Shown: positions 42,848-54,823, numbered from the stretch's first letter. The stretch: DNA of 64,000 bases from Thermodesulfobacteriota bacterium (GCA_963422265.1 OY729416.1:1600001-1664000); one strand, 5' to 3'. Notes: generated by a model not told the origin, from the sequence alone. Numbers and translations: made by a program.

Positions 42848-43272
42848 CCTGAATACTACCTCCCGTTTGTAGTCCTAAGAAAAAGTGAGGCGTTGAAGAT
42901 ACTATAATGATACTAAATCAAGGCACTCGCCTAGTTAAGAGCTAGGATTATTTGATGATAAACTAATATTTTAACATACAATTGTTTACGAGTCAGGTTG
43001 TAGTGGTTGAGCCTGAACTCAGATTACTCTAGGACAGCAATTCTCATTCCCCGCTTGGCTTGTCTAGTAAGGACGAGATTGAAGCATCGAGACGTAAGGT
43101 CTCTGCAAAATCCACCAGAGATAGATGCTAACTAAATGTGTTGAATCTCTACAGTACATTGACATAAAAGGTGGTTTTAGATACTGTCATCTCGAGGCTA
43201 TGATGCACATAGCACAGTGGCGTGGGGCGTTTCCGATGCCCCTGCTCAACTTTAGCCGCGCTCCCAAATGCA

Positions 43273-43939
43273 ATGAATTCGGATCTTATAGAAGTTATAA
43301 AAACCTATGCAACTAAATCTCATAAAGATTTGAATGATTTGTTGCTTGGAAAATCAAAACAAAACATTATTTCAATTCTTGTTGATCTCCTTACTAGCTA
43401 CTATAACGATAAAAATTCTTCTACTTTAAGAGAGTTCGTAATTGTTTCTCTAAGTGGTTTTGAACCTAATTCTGATAAGATTGGCTATAATGGCTACAGA
43501 CACAATGGTATCAGTGGCGGTATCCAGTACTGCGAGGCAAAGCCGAAGAACATAAACACAAATGATTTGAAGTATAAAAAATTGAATGGCGGAGGTAACT
43601 TCACTGACTATACATGAGTCGAGGTTAGAAAAAGATAAACAAAAGAATCCAACTATGATAATAGGTGGTTTTATAGATGGTCGCCTTATTTACATATTTA
43701 GATTTCCTTTTAATTCAGAGGGTTTTATTGATAGGTTAGAGAGCCAACTGAAAAACAAATTTCCCGATGGAGACCAAAGTGGATATTTTCTCAGAAGCGC
43801 TTCATTTAGTTTCACGCATTACAGGACTGCCCTTAATTTAGAAGTTGACATATTTATCGGCACGAAAGAGCTAGAATTGTATAAGAAGCATTTCACTGGA
43901 AAATTATATAGGGTTATAGAAGAACATATTGAAGAATAA
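43273..43939 (+). pseudogene. Probable type II restriction endonuclease with +1 frameshift
   Basis: EAK catalytic-like motif. ACA-TGAG-TCG at about 43612-43621 becomes ACA-TGG-TCG on removing one A, which fuses ORFs 43273-43617 and 43586-43939. AT-rich and directly upstream of an MTase. Confidence 0.7.
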
Positions 43940-43986
43940 GGTATGTGGCGTTCTAAGCTCGCCAAAGTGATGAATTTATTGGAGCA

Positions 43987-44886
43987 ATGAAGCTAAAAGT
44001 GAAGCAATTGAAGAACAGGCTCCTTCACGGTGATACTCTGGAGGTCCTAAGAACAATTCCAAGTAGAGTTATTGACGTTGGAGTTACATCTCCACCCTAT
44101 AACAAGCAGGAAAAAAATAAGGGATGGCTCGTAAAGAACGTTGTTTATTCCGAATATAGAGACCAGCTTCCGGAAGCCAGTTATCAAGCAAATCAAGTTG
44201 ATGTTCTCAACGAAATCTACCGTGTAACAAAGGAAGGAGGTTCCTTCTTTTACAATCATAAAATACGCTGGGTGGATGGCGAGATGTTTCATCCGATGGA
44301 TTGGTTGAGAAAAACGGACTGGACTGTAAAACAGGAAATTATATGGGATCGGATAATAGCGGGGAATATAAGGGGGTGGCGGTTTTGGCAGGTTGACGAA
44401 AGGATATACTGGCTTTACAAGCCTGTAAATGATAACAAAAAAGGTAAAGAACTAGCTTCCAAAGATGCCAAGATGACTTCAATATGGCGTTCCGTTCCTG
44501 AGAATAATAACCCACATCCAGCTCCTTTTCCCTTATGGTTACCAGTCCGTATTATTATTTCCTTAATGGATAACAAGAAGCGCGGACTCATTTTTGATCC
44601 TTACATTGGCAGCGGGACAACTGCGGTTGCAGCGAAACTACTTGGTTTTGACTATTTAGGCATAGATATAGGAGAGGAATATCTTAATTTTGCAGCAGAG
44701 CGACTAAAAAATGCCGAAGATGAATTAAAGACAATAGAGAAGGAACAAGAACTTCATCGGATTTCCGAAACTTTTAAGATGAGAAAGAAAAGCGGAAGGA
44801 ACGTAGGGAAGTATAGTAATTCTAGCAATACGATGAATGATTTGGAGATGGAACCTGTATCTTTATTCCCTTCAACAACGAAGTAG
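43987..44886 (+). CDS. Beta-class amino DNA methyltransferase (N4C/N6A), intact
   Basis: VTSPPYN, HPAPFP and DPYIGSGTT motifs. Confidence 0.92.
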   Translation: MKLKVKQLKNRLLHGDTLEVLRTIPSRVIDVGVTSPPYNKQEKNKGWLVKNVVYSEYRDQLPEASYQANQVDVLNEIYRVTKEGGSFFYNHKIRWVDGEMFHPMDWLRKTDWTVKQEIIWDRIIAGNIRGWRFWQVDERIYWLYKPVNDNKKGKELASKDAKMTSIWRSVPENNNPHPAPFPLWLPVRIIISLMDNKKRGLIFDPYIGSGTTAVAAKLLGFDYLGIDIGEEYLNFAAERLKNAEDELKTIEKEQELHRISETFKMRKKSGRNVGKYSNSSNTMNDLEMEPVSLFPSTTK

Positions 44887-44948
44887 ATGAGAATTTCTCC
44901 AGAGTTACAAAGGCAAGCATCTAAGACAAGAACAAACAATTCTAACAA

Positions 44949-47432
44949 TCATAATACTATATTAACTAACTTTTTAGGCACGACTATCACTTTCCTGGGT
45001 GTTTTACCAGATATATGCTTCTTTGTTCTTTCATCGGCGAAGGCGGCTTCTTTCATACGTTCTCCGTCAGAGTCAGCATCCATTACGAGTTGGCTTCTGA
45101 CCTTCCCATTCACTTGGACAACAACCGTTATCTCTGCGCTCTTAACCAACTCATTATCCCACTCTATCCACGGACTATCAGCAAGCAGCTCATTATAACC
45201 CAGCTCGCTCCAAAGCTCCTCTGAAATGTGGGGTGCCATCGGGTAGAGAAGTCTTGCCATAGTCTCGACCGATTCCCTTGCTACAATCAAGTCGTCATCA
45301 CTTTTGGGCTTAAAACGCGACGTATCGTTTAAAAGCTCCATCACTGCCGCAATCGCAGTATTGAACTGAAACTTCTCTAAATCGTCCGTAACCTTTTTTA
45401 TTGTTTTATTGAGCTTGATAAGAAGCTCCTTTCCAGAACCCGAAACCTTTGCAAGATCAGGTTTTGCTCCCTTTAGATCGCAAGTCCGGGGTAAAATGTC
45501 AAAAGCGAGATTCCATATACGGTTTAGGAATCTAAAAGAGCCTTCTACCCCTTCATTGTTCCAATCCAGGTCCTTTTGAACTGGGGCGGCGAAAAGTATG
45601 AAAAGTCGGACGGTATCGGTGCCATATTTCTTTATCATGTCATCTGGGTCAATGACGTTCCCTAAAGATTTAGACATTTTTGCCCCATCCTTAATGACCA
45701 TTCCCTGAGTTAGTAGATTGACAAACGGCTCATCCAGATTACTCATTCCAAGGTCTCTCAGCACTTTTGTGAAAAACCGGGAGTAAAGAAGGTGAAGAAT
45801 AGCATGTTCAACTCCCCCTATGTATTGATCTACCGGCGCCCAGTAATTTACTTCTTCCCTATCAAAAATATCCTTATCGTAATTAGGTGAAGCATATCTA
45901 AGAAAATACCATGACGACTCTACAAAAGTGTCCATAGTGTCAGTCTCGCGTCGTGCTTTACCCCCACAATTTGGGCACGTAGTTCTAACAAAGCTCTCGA
46001 TTTTAGAGAGAGAAGATCCCCCATCGCCCTCAAAGTTGACCTCAATGGGAAGCTCGACGGGCAAGTCTTCGTCGGGAACCGCCACTGCGCCGCAGTCCTC
46101 GCAATAGACCATCGGTATAGGCGCCCCCCAGTATCTTTGCCGTGATATGCCCCAGTCCCTAAGCCTGTAATTTATCTGTCTTTTTCCAATACCCCGAGAC
46201 TCCACGTATTCTATGATTTTCTCTTTTCCCGCCTCTGACGAAATACCCGAAAATTCTCCTGAGTCAGTCATAATCCCCGGCTCTATATATGCTTCTGTCA
46301 TATCGTCAACGTTCAACCCTTGTCCATCGGGTTTTATTACAAGCTTAATAGGGAGCCCGTGTCCCTTGGCAAACTCAAAGTCTCTTTGGTCATGCGCTGG
46401 AACGCACATAATAATTCCGGTTCCATATTCAATGAGCACGAAGTTTGCTAGGTAAATTGGAATTCTCTCATTAGTAAAGGGATTAATGCAATATGAGCCG
46501 GTAAAGACCCCTTCCTTTTTAGCTCCCTCGGCTATTCTTTCGAGGCTGGTCTGCTTTTTTACTCTCTCTATGAATTTAAGCGCGTCCTTTTCAAATTCCC
46601 TCTTTATCAAATCACCCGCTAGCGGATGCTCAGGGGCGACGCTCATATAGGTTACGCCAAATACGGTGTCTGGCCTTGTCGTAAAGACCTCAAGATGCCT
46701 CTCACCCGCGACCTGTTCTTGCAGGGGGAATTGTATATGAGCCCCCGTGCTTTTGCCTATCCAGTTCTTTTGCATTGAGAGAACGCTGTCTGGCCAGCCG
46801 TCCTTTAGCTCCCTCGCTCCATCTAAAAGCTCGTCAGCGTACTCCGTAATTTTGAAGAACCAGCCATCCATTTCCCTGCGTTCTACTATGTGTTCGCACC
46901 GCCAGCAGCATCCATCCTCTACCTGTTCATTGGCTAGCACGGTCTCGCAGGAGGGACACCAGTTGACCGTAGTCGCCTTTTTATAGGCAAGCCCCTTCTC
47001 ATACATCCTTGTGAACACCATCTGCTCCCATTTGTAATAAGAAGGATGGCAGGTCGCAATCTCCCGCGTCCAGTCATAGCTGAATCCGAGGAGCTTGAGT
47101 TGTGTCTTCATCTGAGAGATATTTTCCTCAGTCCATTTAGCGGGGTGCGCTCCGTGCTGAATAGCGGCGTTCTCAGCCGGAAGCCCAAAAGCGTCCCATC
47201 CAATAGGGTGAAGCACGTTGAAACCCCTTGATCTCTTATAACGAGCTACTACGTCGCCAATCGTATAGTTCCTTACGTGCCCCATGTGTATGCGTCCCGA
47301 AGGATAGGGGAACATCTCTAGCACGTAATACTTTTCTTTGCCCTTTTCGACTTTTGCCTCATAGACCTTTTTCTTATCCCAGGTTTCTCGCCACCTTTGT
47401 TCAATCTCCTGCGCGTTGTATCTCTCTTTCAT
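44949..47432 (-). CDS. leuS: Leucine--tRNA ligase
   Basis: [26 protein letters not shown] and KMSKS motifs. Confidence 0.98.
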   Translation of the reverse strand: MKERYNAQEIEQRWRETWDKKKVYEAKVEKGKEKYYVLEMFPYPSGRIHMGHVRNYTIGDVVARYKRSRGFNVLHPIGWDAFGLPAENAAIQHGAHPAKWTEENISQMKTQLKLLGFSYDWTREIATCHPSYYKWEQMVFTRMYEKGLAYKKATTVNWCPSCETVLANEQVEDGCCWRCEHIVERREMDGWFFKITEYADELLDGARELKDGWPDSVLSMQKNWIGKSTGAHIQFPLQEQVAGERHLEVFTTRPDTVFGVTYMSVAPEHPLAGDLIKREFEKDALKFIERVKKQTSLERIAEGAKKEGVFTGSYCINPFTNERIPIYLANFVLIEYGTGIIMCVPAHDQRDFEFAKGHGLPIKLVIKPDGQGLNVDDMTEAYIEPGIMTDSGEFSGISSEAGKEKIIEYVESRGIGKRQINYRLRDWGISRQRYWGAPIPMVYCEDCGAVAVPDEDLPVELPIEVNFEGDGGSSLSKIESFVRTTCPNCGGKARRETDTMDTFVESSWYFLRYASPNYDKDIFDREEVNYWAPVDQYIGGVEHAILHLLYSRFFTKVLRDLGMSNLDEPFVNLLTQGMVIKDGAKMSKSLGNVIDPDDMIKKYGTDTVRLFILFAAPVQKDLDWNNEGVEGSFRFLNRIWNLAFDILPRTCDLKGAKPDLAKVSGSGKELLIKLNKTIKKVTDDLEKFQFNTAIAAVMELLNDTSRFKPKSDDDLIVARESVETMARLLYPMAPHISEELWSELGYNELLADSPWIEWDNELVKSAEITVVVQVNGKVRSQLVMDADSDGERMKEAAFADERTKKHISGKTPRKVIVVPKKLVNIVL

Positions 47433-47589
47433 CTGTCCGTCTTATTTTGATAGGTATTGCTACCAATAGTTAGCGTAATATAGGTTAAAAACTCGTTCCC
47501 ACATAGCCTGCTGTGTCCCCTGAATGTGATTGGCAGGGGTTTTAAGCGGTAACGTGATTTGGCAATGCGCGAAATTTTAACACACAATC

Positions 47590-47631
47590 ACCCGCGTGTC
47601 AGACGCTGGCACCCGCGTGTCAGATGCTGGC
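47590..47631 (+). repeat. 21-bp tandem duplication
   Basis: acccgcgtgtcagaYgctggc, two copies. Confidence 0.8.
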
Positions 47632-47756
47632 GATTGAAAGCGAGTTCCCTTCGTTTTTCATTTTATGTCCGCTTATGTCCTCAGGGATATTCCCGAATGC
47701 GTTTATCTAAGGTGTAGGGGGGGGGTATCCTCCTCTTGCAGCGTCTTAATATCCCT

Positions 47757-48174
47757 GTCATTCCCACCTCTGAGTGGGAATCTAGAAAAGGGGGTCGGGG
47801 AACGAAAACATTTTCCTCACATAGCTCCCCCTTTTGTAAAGGGGGATACAGGGGGATTTGATAGGCATCGGGGAATGAGAACACCTTCCTTCTTTGCTTA
47901 TCCTCTCTGGCCTTCTTTGCTTATCCTCTCTGGATTTCTGTCCCTTCCATCATTTTGTAGGTGTAACCCTAGTGGTTACCCTTGTTCTAAGGAGGGGAAT
48001 ATTCTTTACTAACCTCAGAGCTTGACAAGAGGCTTTTTCCTCTTTGCTAGACGTGCATGGACTACTCATTTTTTCTCCCCCTTTTGTAAAGGGGGATATA
48101 GGGGGATTTGATAGGCATCGGGGAATGAGAATACCTTCCTTTTAGAAAAGCAGTATCCTGAGTTTGTAGAAGGG
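47757..48174 (+). repeat. Composite REP-like repeat, locus 2
   Basis: GTCATTCCCAC..GTGGGAATCTAG, two CCCCCTTTT..AAAGGGGGA..GGGGGATTTGA modules, a GTAG..TAACCCTAGTGGTTACCC module and CCTGAGTTTGTAGAAGGG. Confidence 0.9.
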
Positions 48175-48314
48175 TAGCTTTAGGCTATTTCCGCCATCTA
48201 TCCCCGTTCTTCTCAACATCCGAGACCCCAACGCTGGCGTCCCACTTTTACAATTAGGCTGTGTTATATTATATTAGAAATCTTCTACCGTATCTGTGAA
48301 TGTAAATTTTAGAA

Positions 48315-49109
48315 ATGAACGCGGAAAAAGAATTAAAGGACGTTATTAAGAGTCTCAAGAACTACCTTGAGTTTCAGAAACTTATGGGATTGAGCACTGT
48401 ATCGGCAAGCAAGGAGAACGACGTGGATCGTCCTAAAAAGACCAATCGATCAGAAATAAGAGGGATGGGAGGCGCAGTCGGCAATTTGGGTCACGATGAG
48501 GTAATAGAAGTGGAAGAGCAAGTCGACATTTTTGACGCTCCCAAAATTATGACCCTTGAGGAAATTAGAGAGGAGATTGGGGATTGCACAAGGTGCAAGC
48601 TACACGAGGGAAGGACAAACTTGGTATTTGGTGAGGGAAGTCCTAAAGCTAAGCTCGTATTCGTAGGCGAGGGTCCTGGCAGAGATGAGGACCAGCAAGG
48701 AAGACCGTTTGTTGGAAGGGCTGGTAAGCTGCTCACAAAAATAATCGAGGCGATGGGTCTTACGCGGGAACAAGTCTATATATGCAACGTGGTAAAGTGC
48801 CGCCCTCCGCAAAACCGCACCCCTGAACCTGATGAAATGTCCACCTGCGAGCAGTTTTTGTTCAAGCAGATCAGGTTTATAAAGCCTGAAGTAATAGCGT
48901 GTCTCGGCGCAACGGCAGCCCAATCAATGCTAAAAACAAAGAAGAGTTTAGGGAGTCTTAGGGGGAGATTCCACTCCTATGGAAACACCAAACTCATGGT
49001 AACCTACCACCCGGCGGCGCTTCTCAGGAATGCGGGGTTTAGGAAACCGCTTTGGGATGATATGCAGGTTGTTATGAAAGAATTAGGACTCAGAAAACCG
49101 GGCAATTAG
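48315..49109 (+). CDS. Family-4 (Fe-S) uracil-DNA glycosylase
   Basis: CTRCKLH, VGEGPG, GRPFVG, NVVKCRPP and YHPAA motifs. Confidence 0.95.
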   Translation: MNAEKELKDVIKSLKNYLEFQKLMGLSTVSASKENDVDRPKKTNRSEIRGMGGAVGNLGHDEVIEVEEQVDIFDAPKIMTLEEIREEIGDCTRCKLHEGRTNLVFGEGSPKAKLVFVGEGPGRDEDQQGRPFVGRAGKLLTKIIEAMGLTREQVYICNVVKCRPPQNRTPEPDEMSTCEQFLFKQIRFIKPEVIACLGATAAQSMLKTKKSLGSLRGRFHSYGNTKLMVTYHPAALLRNAGFRKPLWDDMQVVMKELGLRKPGN

Positions 49110-49175
49110 CTCAGTGGATAGAGCGCTGGCCTCCGGAGCCAGAGGTCGGGGGTTCGAATCCCTCATTGCCCGCCA
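49100..49175 (+). tRNA. tRNA-Arg(CCG)
   Basis: Acceptor stem GGGCAAT/ATTGCCC + G-CCA; D arm GCTC..GAGC; anticodon arm CTGGC-CT-CCG-GA-GCCAG; T loop GTTCGAATC. Confidence 0.96.
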
Positions 49176-49233
49176 CTATTTAGTCCTAATTACGACTAAG
49201 AGCAACGAAGACGAAAAAGGAGGAGAAGTCATT

Positions 49234-49705
49234 ATGAAAAAATGTTTGATCTCTTTGCTCCCAATTCTGTTATTAGGCTTGTCAACCGCAAATTCTGAGA
49301 CGCTAGAAGGTTGGCAGTATAAAGAGCAGGTGGACGAATTTACTGATAAAGTGTGGGCAGTTAACGCCACTGTTTATTCTTCCGATGTCTTGGGAATAGA
49401 TCAGTACATAACTGTTCAATGTTCAAAACCAAAAAACTCTCTTGGAATTGGTATTAAGCCCTCAAATATCTATCTAAACTTCAAGAAATTTGAGAAAGTC
49501 AAGATAAGAATTGATAAAAATCCCACGAGGGTTGACAATGGGTTTGTCGGAGATAGCATCGTGGGTGTTTGGAACAATAGCCAGGGAGATGATGAAGGGA
49601 GAATCAATGATAGTTCAAGTAGGGGATTCGTCTATTATAAGGGCTTCGCTAAAAGGATCGCGCAAGCCAATACAAAAAGTGTTAACTTCTTGCAATATAA
49701 ATTAA
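49234..49705 (+). pseudogene. Secreted hypothetical protein with probable frameshift near 49565
   Basis: RBS AGGAGG and a signal peptide. A plausible C-terminus (...SLKGSRKPIQKVLTSCNIN) lies in the alternative frame of ORF 49511-49705. Confidence 0.55.
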
Positions 49706-49826
49706 AAAAGGCGGGGGAAGCTCGTATATTGGATTAGTTAGGTAAAGTTTCGGTGATTGTGCTAGTGAGCCTGCCCAACTAAAGGGCTAACCGATAAGTG
49801 TGACGACTTGATCAAAAGGATATAGA

Positions 49827-51911
49827 ATGAATCTACTCAAAGACGAAAAGAGCCCTTACCTGCTCCAGCACGCAGATAACCCGGTGGATTGGTATCCGTG
49901 GGGAAATGAGGCTTTTGAAAAGGCTAAAAGGGAAGATAAACCGATATTGCTGTCAATTGGCTACTCGACTTGCCACTGGTGTCATGTAATGGCGCATGAG
50001 TCGTTTGAGGACCCCGAGGTGGCGAGGCTCATGAACGAGACGTTCATCTCTATCAAGGTAGATAGGGAAGAAAGACCCGATGTAGATAACGTCTATATGA
50101 CGGTCTGTCAAATGCTTTCAAAAGGGGCTTGTGGCTGGCCCCTGAACGTGATGATGACCCCTGATAAAAAGCCCTTTTTCGCTGCTACTTACATACCTAA
50201 GGAAAGCCGATATGGTAGGGCGGGAATGATAGAACTGGTGCCGAGGATAGGCGAGGTCTGGAAAAAACAGAGAGAGGAGTTATTAAAATCGGCGGATAGC
50301 ATTACGACCGCCGTAAAAAAAGCAACCGACGTTTCACAGATAACTTCGGGCAAGAGTCTTAGAAGCTCCACCTTAACCGTAGGATATAATCAGCTCCACG
50401 AGAGATTTGACGAGAAAAACGGGGGATTTGCAAGCGCCCCCAAATTTCCAACAGCTCATAATTATCTCTTCTTGCTCCGTTATTGGAATAGAACAGGGGA
50501 TGAAGAGGCGTTAAAAATGGTTGAAAAGACTCTTCAGAAAATGCGTCTAGGGGGCATGTATGACCACGTCGGATTTGGGTTTCACCGCTACTCCACGGAT
50601 TCAAGCTGGCTACTACCCCACTTTGAAAAAACGTTATACGACCAAGCTATGCTATCAATGACCTACGTGGAGGCATATCAGGCAACGGGGAAGAAGGAAT
50701 ATGAGACAACTGCACGAGAAATCTTCGCTTACGTGCTTCGAGATTTGACTTCGCTTGAAGGCGCGTTTTACTCTGCCGAAGACGCGGATAGCGAGGGGCA
50801 GGAGGGGAAATTCTATATTTGGAGTGAGGAGGAAATTAAAGGAGTACTAGGGGATGAAAAAGCCGATTTAATAATACAAACCTATAACGTGGAAAAATCC
50901 GGAAACTTCACCGAAGAAACTACGCAGGAGAAAATAGGCTTCAATATACTTCACTTAAGGGAATCCCTATTCGCAACCGCCAAGTCCTTTGAGCCAAACG
51001 AAGAAGAATTCTTAGGCAAAGTTGAGGAATCGCGAAAGAAGCTATTAGAAGCTCGCGAAAAAAGGATACGCCCTTACAAGGACGATAAGATTCTAACTGA
51101 TTGGAACGGTCTTATGATTGCGGCTCTCTCCAAGGGCGGAAGCGTTTTGAATGAGCCCCAATACACGGAAGCTGCCAAACGTGCGGCTGGGTTCATATTA
51201 AAAGAAATGCGCCAAGATAACGGGCGGCTTCTACATCGATATAGAGAAAAAGAAGCGGGTATTAAAGCTAACGCGGACGACTACGCCTTTCTCATATGGG
51301 GACTGCTTGAATTATATGAGGCGACTTTTGACGTTCAATACCTAACTTACGCTATAGAGCTGCAAGAAGATATGATAGAGCTATTCTGGGACGATAAGAA
51401 CGGCGGGTTTTACTTCACGCCTCACGATGCTGAAGAGCTTATAGCTAGGCAAAAAGAAATCTATGATGGTGCCGTTCCATCGGGCAACTCCGTAGCGCTA
51501 CTTAACTTAATAAAGATAGGCGGAATAACCGGAAAATCTCACTACGAAGAAAAATCTGCTAAGCTTGTAAGCGCATTTGCGGAAACGATTGAGACGGCGC
51601 CAATGGCATATACGCAACTGCTTACAGGACTAGACTTTGCAATGGGACCTTCCTACGAAGTCGTTATAGTAGGCGACCCGCATGGGATGGATACGGAAAC
51701 AATGTTGACGGCTCTCAGAAAAGAGTATAATCCTAATAAAGTGATTCTTTTTCTAGGAGCGAATGGTGAGCCCGACGTTGCAAAGGTAGCGGAATTCACA
51801 AAAGGTCATACTACTATCCAAGGCAAGGCGACGGCTTACGTGTGTCAGAACCATATTTGCAAACTTCCAACGACTGAGGTAAATAAGATGCTTGAATCAC
51901 TAAATTCCTAA
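49827..51911 (+). CDS. Thioredoxin-domain YyaL/SPATA20-family protein
   Basis: [33 protein letters not shown] and DADSEG motifs. Confidence 0.93.
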   Translation: MNLLKDEKSPYLLQHADNPVDWYPWGNEAFEKAKREDKPILLSIGYSTCHWCHVMAHESFEDPEVARLMNETFISIKVDREERPDVDNVYMTVCQMLSKGACGWPLNVMMTPDKKPFFAATYIPKESRYGRAGMIELVPRIGEVWKKQREELLKSADSITTAVKKATDVSQITSGKSLRSSTLTVGYNQLHERFDEKNGGFASAPKFPTAHNYLFLLRYWNRTGDEEALKMVEKTLQKMRLGGMYDHVGFGFHRYSTDSSWLLPHFEKTLYDQAMLSMTYVEAYQATGKKEYETTAREIFAYVLRDLTSLEGAFYSAEDADSEGQEGKFYIWSEEEIKGVLGDEKADLIIQTYNVEKSGNFTEETTQEKIGFNILHLRESLFATAKSFEPNEEEFLGKVEESRKKLLEAREKRIRPYKDDKILTDWNGLMIAALSKGGSVLNEPQYTEAAKRAAGFILKEMRQDNGRLLHRYREKEAGIKANADDYAFLIWGLLELYEATFDVQYLTYAIELQEDMIELFWDDKNGGFYFTPHDAEELIARQKEIYDGAVPSGNSVALLNLIKIGGITGKSHYEEKSAKLVSAFAETIETAPMAYTQLLTGLDFAMGPSYEVVIVGDPHGMDTETMLTALRKEYNPNKVILFLGANGEPDVAKVAEFTKGHTTIQGKATAYVCQNHICKLPTTEVNKMLESLNS

Positions 51912-52026
51912 ACATCCTGAGGATGAAATAAAGTCAGTTGTATTTCAGAATTCTATACTTATAATTTTTGCTCTGTGAGTGTATGGGCATTGATTTTGAT
52001 CACGCATTGTAGCGGAGGATATAGGT

Positions 52027-52188
52027 ATGGCTAGAAGAGGACGTAAAAAACTAAAAGACCTAGTAGATATGCTTGAGGAGCCAGAAGATGCAGGCTACGT
52101 AGGCGGGGATTACGAAGACGCAATGGATCTTTTAGAAGACGAACTAGAAGAATATGAGAGTGGGGAAGGTCAAGAAGTCATCGAATGA
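52027..52188 (+). CDS. 53-aa small protein with basic N-terminus and highly acidic body
   Basis: GGAGG RBS; MARRGRKKLKDLVDMLEEPEDAGYVGGDYEDAMDLLEDELEEYESGEGQEVIE. Below the ORF-track length cutoff. Confidence 0.6.
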   Translation: MARRGRKKLKDLVDMLEEPEDAGYVGGDYEDAMDLLEDELEEYESGEGQEVIE

Positions 52189-52225
52189 CGGGAGAGCGAA
52201 TACTATATTCACAATGAGTATGCCC

Positions 52226-52712
52226 GCCCCTTCCATCATTTTGTAGGGGTAACCCTAGTGGTTACCCTTGTCCTAATGAGGGGAATATTCTTTACTAATC
52301 TCAGAGCTTGATAAGAGACTTTTTCCTCTTTGCTAGACGTGCATGGACTACTCATTTTTTTCCCCCCTTTAGACAAAGGGGGTACAGGGGGATTTGTTCT
52401 TTATCTTTTTAATCATGGCTCATCATTTAATTCCATAGTCTCAAAAATCGCAGTTCAGACTTTCTCCCTCTGGGAAAGGGATACAGGGGTGAAGGCGTTT
52501 TCGTCATTCCCGTCCCTTCCATCATGTTGTAGGGGTAACACTAGTGGTTACCCTTGTCCTAAGGAGGGGAATATCCTTTACTAATCTCAGAGCTTGATAA
52601 GAGACTTTTTCCTCTTTGCTATACGTGCATGGACTACTCATTTTTTCTCCCCCTTTAGACAAAGGAGATACAGGGGGATTTACTAGGTGGCAAGTGAGCC
52701 TGTTGAACCAGT
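52226..52712 (+). repeat. Composite REP-like repeat, locus 3 (two tandem units, about 286-bp period)
   Basis: Near-identical blocks start at 52231 and 52517. Confidence 0.9.
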
Positions 52713-52733
52713 CAACGGGAGAACTAGAGCAAT

Positions 52734-54638
52734 CTAGGCTTTCAAATGATCACCCGTCCTAGCCTGATCCCGCTTCAAATAGACCATTAAAACCGATATG
52801 GCAGCAGGCGTAATCCCAGATATTCTACTAGCCTGTCCCAGTGAGCCAGGACGAACTTTTGAGAGCTTCTGTATTATCTCGTTAGATAGACCTGGCATAT
52901 CATTATAGGAAAAATTCTCAGGTATCCTGAAATGTTCTAACTTCTTAAATTTATCTATCTGCTCGGTCTGTCTCTTAATGTAACCCTCGTATTTAACTTC
53001 CATTTCTATCTGAGAAATAACATCCAAATCCGCCAGCCAGCCTGCGCAATTGGACTCTAGGTGTTGAAGCTCCTTATACGTAATTTCGGGGCGTCTTAGA
53101 ATCTGTTTCAAAGACTGCGGTTTTTTTAACGAGCATGAGCCAAGACCCCGCAGGGTTTCATTTACGCTAGCACTCGGAACAACCTTAGTATTCGCCAATC
53201 TGAATAGCTCCTCTTCCAGAGCTTTCTTTCTGCTTGCGCACCTCTCAAAGTCCTCCTCGTCTAGAAGTCCTATATTATAGCCAATCTCACTAAGCCTTAT
53301 ATCCGCGTTATCTTCCCTCAAAACTAGCCTGTATTCCGCCCTTGACGTGAACATCCTATAAGGCTCGTCCACGCCCTTCGTCACCAGATCGTCAATGAGT
53401 ATTCCTATGTAAGCCTGCGAGCGATCCAGAACTAAAGAATCCTTGCCCTTTATGCGCAAAGCCGCGTTGGCGCCGGCGATAAGTCCCTGGCTCGCCGCTT
53501 CTTCATATCCCGTGGTTCCATTGATCTGCCCTGCGAAATATAGATTTTCAATACGCTTCGTCTCAAGCGTAGGGTGTAGCTGAGTGGGATCTACGTAATC
53601 GTATTCCACCGCGTAGCCGGGTCTCATAATCTCCACGTCCGACAGCCCTTCCATAGTTCTAACAAGCTCGTATTGGACTTCTAAGGGAAGGCTGGTTGAA
53701 ATTCCGTTTGGATAGATTTCATAAGTATTCGCGCCTTCGGGTTCAAGGAAAACCTGGTGCCTCTCTTTATCGGGGAATTTAACCACTTTGTCCTCTATAG
53801 ATGGACAATACCTAGGACCAACTCCCTTAATTTCTCCTGAATAAAGGGGAGACTTATGCAGGTTATCCCTTATTACCTCGTGTGTTCTTTCGTTCGTATA
53901 AGTTATGTAACATGGGAGCTGACCCCTGCTAATCGTATAATTAGAGAATGAAAATGGTCTGGGATGGACGTCTCCGGACTGCTCTTCAAGAACGTCCCAT
54001 TTAATAGTTCTTCCGTCAAATCTGGGTGGAGTGCCCGTTTTTAATCTGCCAACGTTGAAGCCTAGAGCGCTAAAGGATTCTGAAATCTCCTTTGCGGCGG
54101 ATTCACCAGCCCTTCCCGAGGACATTTTCGTGCCCCCTATGTGTATTATCCCATTTGGAAAGGTGCCGGGAGTAACAATAACGGCATCAGCAAGGAAGCG
54201 TTCCCTCAGCTTTGTTTTTACCCCCACGACCCTGCCGCCTTGTAAAAGAAACCCTTCCACCATACCTTGTTTTATATCTATGCGCTCCTGAGATTCAAGG
54301 GTCCCCCTCATATAAGCTCTATACGCCTGTCTGTCCGCTTGAATCCTCGTTGCCTGCACGGCTGCGCCCTTTCTCGTGTTTAACTTCCTGAATTGAATAG
54401 CGGCATGGTCGGCAGCCTTTCCCATTTCCCCTCCCAAAGCGTCTATCTCTTTAACGAGATGACCCTTGCCTACTCCCCCTACGGATGGATTACAAGACAT
54501 TAGACCGATCGTATCTATATTAGCGGTCAGAACAAGGGTGCGACATCCCATTCGCGCAGCCGCAAGCGCAGCCTCGCAACCCGCGTGTCCGCCGCCTACC
54601 ACTAGCACGTCGTGAATCTTTGGTAAAGTAATACCCAT
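52734..54638 (-). CDS. mnmG: tRNA uridine 5-carboxymethylaminomethyl modification enzyme
   Basis: GGGHAGCEAA, MSCNPSVGG, GPRYCPSIEDK and AGQINGTTGYEEA motifs. Confidence 0.97.
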   Translation of the reverse strand: MGITLPKIHDVLVVGGGHAGCEAALAAARMGCRTLVLTANIDTIGLMSCNPSVGGVGKGHLVKEIDALGGEMGKAADHAAIQFRKLNTRKGAAVQATRIQADRQAYRAYMRGTLESQERIDIKQGMVEGFLLQGGRVVGVKTKLRERFLADAVIVTPGTFPNGIIHIGGTKMSSGRAGESAAKEISESFSALGFNVGRLKTGTPPRFDGRTIKWDVLEEQSGDVHPRPFSFSNYTISRGQLPCYITYTNERTHEVIRDNLHKSPLYSGEIKGVGPRYCPSIEDKVVKFPDKERHQVFLEPEGANTYEIYPNGISTSLPLEVQYELVRTMEGLSDVEIMRPGYAVEYDYVDPTQLHPTLETKRIENLYFAGQINGTTGYEEAASQGLIAGANAALRIKGKDSLVLDRSQAYIGILIDDLVTKGVDEPYRMFTSRAEYRLVLREDNADIRLSEIGYNIGLLDEEDFERCASRKKALEEELFRLANTKVVPSASVNETLRGLGSCSLKKPQSLKQILRRPEITYKELQHLESNCAGWLADLDVISQIEMEVKYEGYIKRQTEQIDKFKKLEHFRIPENFSYNDMPGLSNEIIQKLSKVRPGSLGQASRISGITPAAISVLMVYLKRDQARTGDHLKA

Positions 54639-54823
54639 TTTCTAAAAATATAGACAAATATAAAAGTTTATGCAAAAATGCTTTATAGACTTGCTGTCAG
54701 CCGTAGGTTATGAATGGCAAAGCGCAGGGATTCCCGACGTGTATGACGTGTATATAGAAAGGCGTCTTGACAGCTTTCAGATTTAGTAGCCTTTAGACAT
54801 ATCTTTAGGACATATATAGAACA

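Noticed and set aside
47435-47660. T-box leader for leuS
   Set aside because: No GGTGGNACCGCG T-box motif or terminator/antiterminator pair found.
49114-49233. N-terminal extension of ORF 49114-49737
   Set aside because: It is a translation of the tRNA; the real start is the ATG at 49234 after AGGAGG.
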